64,000 nt of DNA from an uncultured Planctomycetaceae bacterium (lineage in GTDB: Bacteria; Planctomycetota; Planctomycetia; Pirellulales; PNKZ01). The stretch is from NCBI GenBank assembly GCA_964652155.1, contig CAZZBK010000008.1, positions 15,261-79,260 of the forward strand, given 5' to 3'. Shown piece by piece: positions 57,025 through 64,000 of the stretch. The stretch's first letter is position 1; each line of letters begins with the position of its first letter. A program made the translations under genes and the position numbers. The notes beneath the pieces are model-generated. The model ran no database searches and was not told the DNA's origin. It saw only the letters and a program-made list of their open reading frames with translations.

Positions 57025-57510
57025 ATGAGTGGCGAAGTCACAGTACGCGAGGGAACCCTCGACGATTCGCGCGAAATCTGGCAGTGGTGGAACGACCCAC
57101 TGACGCGACAAATGATGCGCAAGAACGACCCAGTGCCCTGGGAAGAGCACGAGCCGTGGTTTGCCGGGGTGCTCAACGATCCGAATCGTATTTTGTGCGT
57201 GGGACTATGCGACGGCGAGAAGCTTGGCGTCGTGCGTTTCGACCTGCGGCAGCCCAACGAATACGAAGTGAGCATCAACCTCAACCCAGCCCAGCGCGGC
57301 AAGGGATACGCGCCGCAGATTTTACGCAAATCGATCGAGCATTTGCTCACGATCCGCAAGGTCAACAAACTGTGGGCCGGCTGCAAGAAAATCAACGACG
57401 CGTCACGCAAGTCATTCGTCCGCGCCGGCTTCGTGCTCACACCCAACGAGGCCTACGAGCAAATCGATCACTTTTACTGCGAGTGGCACGAGACCCCGGC
57501 CAGAGCTTAA
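57025..57510 (+). CDS. GNAT family N-acetyltransferase
   Basis: 161 aa. QRGKGYAPQIL acetyl-CoA-binding loop (Q/RxxGxG/A). ATG at 57025. Confidence 0.8.
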   Translation: MSGEVTVREGTLDDSREIWQWWNDPLTRQMMRKNDPVPWEEHEPWFAGVLNDPNRILCVGLCDGEKLGVVRFDLRQPNEYEVSINLNPAQRGKGYAPQILRKSIEHLLTIRKVNKLWAGCKKINDASRKSFVRAGFVLTPNEAYEQIDHFYCEWHETPARA

Positions 57511-57513
57511 CTT

Positions 57514-58440
57514 TTAGTGCATCTCCGAGTCGCACGAACCGATGCCCGGCCGGTAAAAGTTGAACTGTACGTTGGGATGGTCGGCCAGCAAGCTCATCGG
57601 CACCGCCGAGTCGGGTAGCCGCTTCGAGATCATCAGCGTCGTGAGCCGCTGTCCGAACGGATTGTCGTGCGCGCCGGCGTGCCAGATCGACACCTTCTCG
57701 GCTTGCCATGTCTCATGCGGTCCCACGCTGATCGCTTGCTGCGGCACGTTCGTCACGACGCCGCCGCCACTCGTGCGCGCGTTCTGAATGATCGTCATGG
57801 GGTGCAGTTCAACGACGCGGGTGGTGAGCTTGCGGTACTCGGCCGGTGGCGGCGGATTGTCTTTCCAGGGCCCGACTCGTTTTGGCGGATCGTTAAAGGC
57901 CCAATGCTTCACTTCGCCTTGGCCCCCTTGCATGACGAGGCAGCGCGCTTGCTTCCACGAGGCCATGTACTCGGTGGGGTCGAAACCCGGAAAATGCAAA
58001 TGCTCTTTCGGCATGCGTAGTTCGGGCCGAATGCGATTGAAGCACAAATCCATGTCGGCCTTGGCAAAGCTGAGCGGGAAATCGAGCGGTGCCTCGCGAC
58101 CCCCGACGACCCATTCGTCCATGCCCCAGAAATGTGCGTGCCGCAAATCCAAATTCAACTCGTTGACCAGCCGCGCCACGAGCGGCAACTGCTCGGTGGG
58201 ACCGATCGGTCCGCAAATCCCCGTCGGGTTGTCGCTCGTCGCTTGCCGCCAAGCGGTGATGTACTCGAGCGCCTCGGCCAGATAAAAGTCTTCGAGCGTG
58301 TCGTAAAACACCACGTTGAAGCCCGGGCGCGACAGGGCCAGCAGATCGTCGGCCGTGAGCCGGGCCGCGTCATCGAGCAACGCGCGGTCCAAAGTCGTGT
58401 AGTCCCACCAGTCGGCGCTAATTTTGCTCAGAGGTCGCAT
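57514..58440 (-). CDS. Glucosamine-6-phosphate deaminase/6-phosphogluconolactonase (NagB) superfamily protein
   Basis: [12 protein letters not shown]...HFWGMDEW pattern. ATG at 58440. Convergent with the GNAT gene, with a 3-nt gap. Confidence 0.7.
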   Translation of the reverse strand: MRPLSKISADWWDYTTLDRALLDDAARLTADDLLALSRPGFNVVFYDTLEDFYLAEALEYITAWRQATSDNPTGICGPIGPTEQLPLVARLVNELNLDLRHAHFWGMDEWVVGGREAPLDFPLSFAKADMDLCFNRIRPELRMPKEHLHFPGFDPTEYMASWKQARCLVMQGGQGEVKHWAFNDPPKRVGPWKDNPPPPAEYRKLTTRVVELHPMTIIQNARTSGGGVVTNVPQQAISVGPHETWQAEKVSIWHAGAHDNPFGQRLTTLMISKRLPDSAVPMSLLADHPNVQFNFYRPGIGSCDSEMH

Positions 58441-58447
58441 GACAAGA

Positions 58448-58480
58448 GTTTTCGGTTCGAGGTTTTCGGTTTTCGGTTTG
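58448..58480. repeat. TTTTCGG short tandem repeat tract (GTTTTCGGTTCGAGGTTTTCGGTTTTCGGTTTG)
   Basis: Read directly. Lies between the hydrolase stop (58506) and the NagB-like start (58440). Related to the tract at 126-161. Confidence 0.6.
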
Positions 58481-58505
58481 AATTCGAGGCGGAGCGCATG
58501 GCGTG

Positions 58506-60515
58506 TTACTTGACGCGCCATTGCTCGTCGAAGAAGTCAGCCGCGACGACCTTTCCAGGAAAACGACTGTTGGCCGGCGTCCGGATGTCGATCACCGCCC
58601 AGTCGGGCAGCTTGGGGACCTGCCGGGCGTTGTTCAGGTAGTCGTACTCGCGGTACGTGAAAGAACTGTTGAGCACAACGTACCGCTGCGGGTTGAGCGG
58701 GTTCGGATACACGAGCACCGGCGCGTGATGCTCGGCCGGGTACTCGCTTTGACCGACCTTGACGATCTGACCATTCCAGCCGATGGGCAGTTGGTCGACG
58801 ATCTTGGCCAGCACGGCATTGCTGCTGGGAGTGCCCCAGAGCACGAGATTGCACTGGGCGATCATGGCCTCGTCGAGCTTCGTGTCGTCGATGACACGCG
58901 CATAGCCGCGCATCTGTTTGCGCCAGTGCTCGATGGCGTGATCGAGTTCGCTTTGCACCCAACGGTCGACCGCCTCGTGCGCCGACTTGCCCGTGGGGCG
59001 CACGAATACGAACGAGTCGAGCAGCGCGTCGTCGATGGGCCCTTGCAAGCCGGGTCGCTTGCGCAGTCCACCGCTCAACGGGGTCGTATCCCAGCCGGCC
59101 GAAGAGCGTGTCAACCGCGCCGTCCAGGAACGGTCGCTCTCGGGCCCCGGCAGTGTCACTGTGCTGCCGTCGATTTTGACCCGCACGTTGCTCCCTTGCT
59201 TGAGCGGGGCATAGCCCGACGGCATCGCCAGCACAAGGGCCGTCACGTTCTCGGTTTGGATATCCACGGTCGAGCTGTCGATTACCCGGGCCTGCACACG
59301 GGCTTTGGCCCAATGCTGCTTGAGTCCCTCGACCTGCACCCAGGCCAGTTTGTTGTAGCGGAGCGTGTAGGTGGTGAAGTCGATATCGCGCGGCATGACC
59401 TGGCGTCCGCGATGCACGATGGTCGAGAGTCGCTTTTCGATCTCGACGAGCGAAGCGGGCAGGATTGCGTGCCCTGTCTGTGGGCCAATGAGGTGCGTGA
59501 GGGTGAGTCCCTGCGCATGCATGGCCTCAGCCATGATGTCGGCCGCCTGCTTCTGCCTGTCGATTTCGCCACTGTAAGCGACCGTGGGGCAATGGAGCAG
59601 ATTGCGAGCCCAATCGGTGCAATCGTACATGTGCCAGAGCGTCTTTTCATACGCCGTGGGGGCAAGCTGTTCCTGCTGAAACCCTTTCAGAAACGCGGGC
59701 GTTTCGGAGAATCCTGCCCCTGGATTGGCGGCCACCCAGCGATCGGGAAAGTGGACGGCCATGTGCCACGCCCCCGCGCCTCCCATCGAGAAGCCACGGA
59801 CCACGGTCCGGTCATCATCGACCCGATACCGGCTGCGCACCGAGTCGAGCGCTTCGAGCACGTCGACCTCGCCCGCCAGCTTGAAGGCGTTCGAGTACCG
59901 TCCGTAGGGATGCAACACGATCGCGTTGGGGGGGACGATCTGCCCGGCCTGTTTCTGGCGTTGATCGATAAAGTTGACTTCGCTCAGCGTCTCGCCCCGG
60001 CCATGAAACCAGAGATCGAGCCGATGTCGTTCCGCCCCTGCGAATGAGTACGAGGCGGGAATCACGAGCCCGTAGGGTTGCACGCTGCCGTCGAGTTTGC
60101 TCACGAATCCACGCACGACCAGGCCGGTCTGTCGCGTCCAGGGAGCGTCACCGGCAAGGAGTTGCTCGGCGCGGCGGAGTCCGTCGACGAGCAGCGACTT
60201 GCCCTTGGGGATATCGCCCGCCACGAAGAACTCGCGATACTTGAGCGCATCGCGGACGGCGCGGTCGTAAATTTCGACGTCGGGCAATAGCTCGGCGATC
60301 TTCTTGTCTTTGACAGCTCGACCACGGAGTTGATCGATCTGGCCGCGCAATTGGCTCAAGCCTTGCTCAAGCTCGGCGCGGTCGGCTTGCGACACCTCGA
60401 CCCCCAGCGGCGGAATCGGTCGCACGCCGTCGATTTGATTGTCTTTAGGGCCGTCGGCCCAGGCGAGCGACGAACAGAGCAACAGACCGTAACCCAATAC
60501 GACACTCAAACGCAT
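58506..60515 (-). CDS. Secreted alpha/beta hydrolase (prolyl oligopeptidase/esterase-type)
   Basis: Signal peptide [20 protein letters not shown]. Nucleophile elbow [11 protein letters not shown] at 60515. Confidence 0.75.
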   Translation of the reverse strand: MRLSVVLGYGLLLCSSLAWADGPKDNQIDGVRPIPPLGVEVSQADRAELEQGLSQLRGQIDQLRGRAVKDKKIAELLPDVEIYDRAVRDALKYREFFVAGDIPKGKSLLVDGLRRAEQLLAGDAPWTRQTGLVVRGFVSKLDGSVQPYGLVIPASYSFAGAERHRLDLWFHGRGETLSEVNFIDQRQKQAGQIVPPNAIVLHPYGRYSNAFKLAGEVDVLEALDSVRSRYRVDDDRTVVRGFSMGGAGAWHMAVHFPDRWVAANPGAGFSETPAFLKGFQQEQLAPTAYEKTLWHMYDCTDWARNLLHCPTVAYSGEIDRQKQAADIMAEAMHAQGLTLTHLIGPQTGHAILPASLVEIEKRLSTIVHRGRQVMPRDIDFTTYTLRYNKLAWVQVEGLKQHWAKARVQARVIDSSTVDIQTENVTALVLAMPSGYAPLKQGSNVRVKIDGSTVTLPGPESDRSWTARLTRSSAGWDTTPLSGGLRKRPGLQGPIDDALLDSFVFVRPTGKSAHEAVDRWVQSELDHAIEHWRKQMRGYARVIDDTKLDEAMIAQCNLVLWGTPSSNAVLAKIVDQLPIGWNGQIVKVGQSEYPAEHHAPVLVYPNPLNPQRYVVLNSSFTYREYDYLNNARQVPKLPDWAVIDIRTPANSRFPGKVVAADFFDEQWRVK

Positions 60516-60589
60516 GATGCATTCCTCAGCGGCGGGCGAAAATATCCGCGGCTGATTGTAACGCATCGCGGGTGACAGTACAGACGCCG

Positions 60590-62743
60590 TTAGATTCGCC
60601 GAATCCGCAAGCTATTCGCGACCACCGACACACTGCTGGCGGCCATTGCGGCGGCGGCCAGGGCACTTGGCAAGCGCCAGTGTAGCCAGGGCACAAACAC
60701 ACCCGCGGCGAGTGGGATGAGCACGATATTGTACGCGAACGCCCAGAACAAATTCTGCCGGATGATGCGAAACGTGCCGCGCGCCAACAGCACGGCCCGC
60801 ACGAGTTGCCGCAGGTCATGTCCGGCCAGCACGATCTGCGCCGCCTCGACCGCCACGTCGGCCCCGTGCCCCATGGCGATGCCCACCTGAGCCGCCGCGA
60901 GCGCCGGGGCGTCGTTGATTCCGTCGCCGACCATCGCGACGCACTCGCCTTGTGCCTGCATGTCGCGAACAACTTGCTGCTTCTCGTCCGGTAGGACCTC
61001 GCTGTGGACCACCGTGATGCCCACCTCAAGCGCGACGGCCTCGACGCTCCGGCGGTGATCGCCCGAGAGGAGCAGCACTCGTGCGCCAAGCTGCTGGAGT
61101 GCCGCGACCGCCTCGCGGCTGCCGGGGGACACGGTGTCGGCAACGCTGATCAACCCCAGGTATTGCCCGTCGCGAGCCACGAGCAACGGTGTCGCGCCTC
61201 GCGCGCGTTGAGCGTCGATTGCACTCTCAAACGCATCCAGTGACACCTGATGAGCGGCGAGCAGCTTGCCGTTGCCGACGAGCACCGCGCGCCCCATCAC
61301 CATAGCGCTCAGTCCTTGACCGGCGATGACTTGCAAATCGCGGGCTTGGGGCAAAATCGAGATCGATTGCCGAGCCTCGGCCACGACGCATTTCGCCAGC
61401 GGATGCGTGCTCAACTGCTCGACCGCTGCCGCCGTTGAGAGTAACTCGCTGCGGGCGATGCCTGCGGCAGGTAGCACATCAACGACCTGTGGCGCGCCGC
61501 GCGTTACCGTGCCGGTTTTGTCCAGAATGAACGTCGTGACTTGCGCCGTGATCTCAAGCGCTGCGGCGTCTTTGATCAAAATGCCTTGCTCGGCACCACG
61601 ACCCGTCGCGACCAACACGGCCGTCGGCGTGGCGAGCCCCAATGCACAAGGGCACGCCACCACCAACACGGCCACGGCCGCCGAAAGACCCTGTGCAAAA
61701 TCGACGCCGATCAGCGACCAACCCAGCACGGTCAATAGCGCGACGAGCAACACGGCCGGCACGAACCAACTCACCACGCGATCGGCAAGGCGTTCGATGG
61801 GCGCTTTCGATTCCTGGGCGCGTCGGACCAACTCGACGACTCGGGCCAGGGCGGTGTCGCCGGCCGTGTGGGTCACCCGGGCCTCGAGCGCGCCGGTGCC
61901 GTTGATCGTGCCGGCAAAAATATCGTCTCCGGGCTGCTTGTCGACGGCCAGTGGCTCACCGGTGAGCCAGGCCTGATCGACGCTGCTCGTACCGCGTGTC
62001 ACGGTCGCATCGAGCGGCACGCGATCGCCGGGACGCACCAACAGCGTTTCGCCCATGCCGACCTCAGCTAAAGCAACCGAGGCGGGCAGACCGTCGCGAA
62101 GCACAGTGGCTGTCGCAGGGGCGAGCGCGAGGAGTTTGCGAATCGCGTCGGAGGAGCGTCCCCGGGCGATCGTTTCGAGCCATTTGCCCAGCGTGATGAA
62201 CACGAGAATCATGCCGGCGTCCATCCAATACATGCTCATCTCGCCTTGTAGCCACTCGACGACCCCGGCCAAGTACGCGGCCGACGTGCCCAATGCGATC
62301 AGCGTATCCATATTGGCCGAGCGGTGACGCAGTCGCCGCCACGCTCCGAGCAGATACGGAGCGCCGACGTAGCCCTGCATGAGGCTGGCGAGGACGAACC
62401 AGACGGTCATGCCCAGCGCGTGTCCCCAGAGCTGCGGCAACAACAGCGCGCAGGCGACGATGAATCGCACGCGCCAAAGACTCGCCTCTCGTGCTTGCAG
62501 TTGGAACGGCTCGTCAAGGGGCCGGGTCTCATCGAGCGGCCGCGCGCCGTATCCTTCGGCGGCGAGGGCAGCTTGCAAGCCATCGAGCGGCGTGTGTTCG
62601 TCGAGTTCGACCGAGGCTTGCGACAGCGCGAAGTTGACCCGCGCCGAGTGTACGCCCGGAACCGCTCGCAGCGCGTACTCGACGCGCTGAGCACAGGCGG
62701 CACAGTGCATGCCCGAGATCAGGAGCGTGCGGGCCGTCGACAT
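60590..62743 (-). CDS. copA: Copper-translocating P1B-type ATPase
   Basis: HMA motif GMHCAACAQRVE, CPC (VVACPCALGLATP), DKTGT and GDGINDAP. Confidence 0.95.
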   Translation of the reverse strand: MSTARTLLISGMHCAACAQRVEYALRAVPGVHSARVNFALSQASVELDEHTPLDGLQAALAAEGYGARPLDETRPLDEPFQLQAREASLWRVRFIVACALLLPQLWGHALGMTVWFVLASLMQGYVGAPYLLGAWRRLRHRSANMDTLIALGTSAAYLAGVVEWLQGEMSMYWMDAGMILVFITLGKWLETIARGRSSDAIRKLLALAPATATVLRDGLPASVALAEVGMGETLLVRPGDRVPLDATVTRGTSSVDQAWLTGEPLAVDKQPGDDIFAGTINGTGALEARVTHTAGDTALARVVELVRRAQESKAPIERLADRVVSWFVPAVLLVALLTVLGWSLIGVDFAQGLSAAVAVLVVACPCALGLATPTAVLVATGRGAEQGILIKDAAALEITAQVTTFILDKTGTVTRGAPQVVDVLPAAGIARSELLSTAAAVEQLSTHPLAKCVVAEARQSISILPQARDLQVIAGQGLSAMVMGRAVLVGNGKLLAAHQVSLDAFESAIDAQRARGATPLLVARDGQYLGLISVADTVSPGSREAVAALQQLGARVLLLSGDHRRSVEAVALEVGITVVHSEVLPDEKQQVVRDMQAQGECVAMVGDGINDAPALAAAQVGIAMGHGADVAVEAAQIVLAGHDLRQLVRAVLLARGTFRIIRQNLFWAFAYNIVLIPLAAGVFVPWLHWRLPSALAAAAMAASSVSVVANSLRIRRI

Positions 62744-62786
62744 GAACCATCACATGGGCAGCGAGGATTGAGCCGCGCGGCGGTCA

Positions 62787-64000
62787 TTATTTCGCCGCGA
62801 CCTCAGGCATCGTAGGGCTCCACGCATGCGTGGGCAAGGTCCCCTGCACGCCGCAGGCCCAATTGATGCCGTTGAACAACAAACGGCAGAAGGGTTCTTG
62901 AGCGAAATCTCCCACGTGACCAAGCGAGGTGTAGAACGATCGTCCACCGTCGGCCCGCACGCGTGTCCAGGCGACCGGCTCGCTGGGGAAATTTGGAACC
63001 GTCCCGTTCAGTACCACCCGAGTCCCCGGCAGCAGCGGATTCACCACGTACAACGAGCCGGGGCTGATGTAATTGTCGGCCTTGATCTGGCTCAGCAGCG
63101 GATGCGACTCGCTGCCGGCTTGGACGGTGATCGAAGGGAGCAAGTTGTTCGCATGATGGTTGACGTAGTTGCCACCGAACACAACCTGATCGAAATCGAG
63201 CCACTGATCGTTGCCCTCGCCGGCCGGTTTGCCACGCGAGGGGGCAAAGGCATGATTGGCTGTGCGAATGCCGATGACCGGCTTGCCCGCGGCGACCAGG
63301 CGACGCACGCGATCGAGTTGAGCTGCCGGCAACGGTCGACGTCGCACGCTCACCAACAGCGCGTCAGCCTCGTCGAGCACGTCGATGCCCGGGATGTCAT
63401 GACGATTCGTGTCGCTGCCAAAGACGTAACTCACCCGATAGTCGCGTCCCAGGTAATGAGCCGCGAACTTGGGCAACGACTCCTCGGTTTTGTACTCGTC
63501 CTCGGCCATGAGAATGGCCAGGTGCGGGCGACGGTCGCGGGCAAAGCGAAACTCCTGGTGATCTCCCAGCACATCGCCGCTGGTGATCGTTGGGCAGACA
63601 AACTTCTCGATGTGCTCGACAATCCGATCGGTGCCGGTGAAGTGGCTCACGTAGGGCCACTTGGCGGGGTCATACATCGTGTCGGTCATGTCGCGCATCA
63701 GCACGACGTTCTTGCCGTTCTTGGCGAGTTGCCGCAGGCCAAAGGGGCGGCCCAGCACGCACATATTGGTATGCACGCCGAGCAGGATGACATTTTTGAT
63801 CCCCCGCTGTTCGAGCAGGTTCCAAATCTCGACGCCCGAGTCGCTGATCGCATCCTTGCCGTCGACGATGTCGAGCGACGCGATCTGTGCCTTCCAGGGG
63901 GACTTGGGGTTGCGGCCGATCGAGGCCAGGTAGGCATGCCACTGCTGGTGCTCGACGAGGTCGTCGTCCTCGCCCCCTTGACGCTGGTCGACCGGGTAAG
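62787..64000 (-). CDS. Isochorismatase-like cysteine hydrolase fused to a ThuA-like domain (5' end runs off the window)
   Basis: The frame stays open to 64000. KNVILLGVHTNMCVLGRPFG is the isochorismatase Cys motif. C-terminal PVAWTRVRADGGRSFYTSLGH...FNGINWA is a ThuA signature. Confidence 0.75.
   Translation of the reverse strand, partial: YPVDQRQGGEDDDLVEHQQWHAYLASIGRNPKSPWKAQIASLDIVDGKDAISDSGVEIWNLLEQRGIKNVILLGVHTNMCVLGRPFGLRQLAKNGKNVVLMRDMTDTMYDPAKWPYVSHFTGTDRIVEHIEKFVCPTITSGDVLGDHQEFRFARDRRPHLAILMAEDEYKTEESLPKFAAHYLGRDYRVSYVFGSDTNRHDIPGIDVLDEADALLVSVRRRPLPAAQLDRVRRLVAAGKPVIGIRTANHAFAPSRGKPAGEGNDQWLDFDQVVFGGNYVNHHANNLLPSITVQAGSESHPLLSQIKADNYISPGSLYVVNPLLPGTRVVLNGTVPNFPSEPVAWTRVRADGGRSFYTSLGHVGDFAQEPFCRLLFNGINWACGVQGTLPTHAWSPTMPEVAAK

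Noticed and set aside
1-64000. CRISPR arrays, rRNA/tRNA genes, IS elements, integrases and prophage modules
   Set aside because: No regularly spaced direct repeats, no rRNA or tRNA signatures, and no transposase, integrase or phage structural motifs were seen in any supported ORF. A by-eye scan cannot exclude small RNAs.

Overview
High-GC (about 60-65 % by eye) bacterial chromosomal window. The gene content looks Planctomycetota-like (DUF1080, ThuA-like, MetA/phenol-type outer-membrane channel, eukaryote-like Ser/Thr kinase, SET and TIR proteins); this lineage call is an inference. I found no rRNA, tRNA, CRISPR array, integrase, transposase or prophage genes. About 62 protein genes can be supported. 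Many long ORFs in the track are antisense shadow ORFs typical of GC-rich DNA, and several true genes start well inside their track ORF. The left 36 kb mixes housekeeping genes (trmL, lpdA, truB, hemB, xseA, tpx, aqpZ), small catabolic clusters and an AT-richer tandem TIR-domain pair. The main candidate for something new is a roughly 22-kb, 23-gene divergent carbohydrate locus (36648-58440). It encodes a complete sedoheptulose-7-P to NDP-heptose route, including a domain-swapped HldE-like fusion. It also carries its own transaldolase and split transketolase, and a large tailoring set: 4 SDR enzymes, a Gfo/Idh/MocA oxidoreductase, a UGDH-like protein with Cys replaced by Asn, DegT, GNAT, a 2OG oxygenase, a UGM-like mutase and 4 methyltransferases. 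No recognisable glycosyltransferase, flippase or polymerase is present. Non-coding observations: a ~108-nt element present twice, a GC-rich hairpin family, TTTTCGG repeat tracts and a perfect 18-bp inverted repeat carrying CACGTG boxes. All family calls come from motif recognition by eye; no searches were run.
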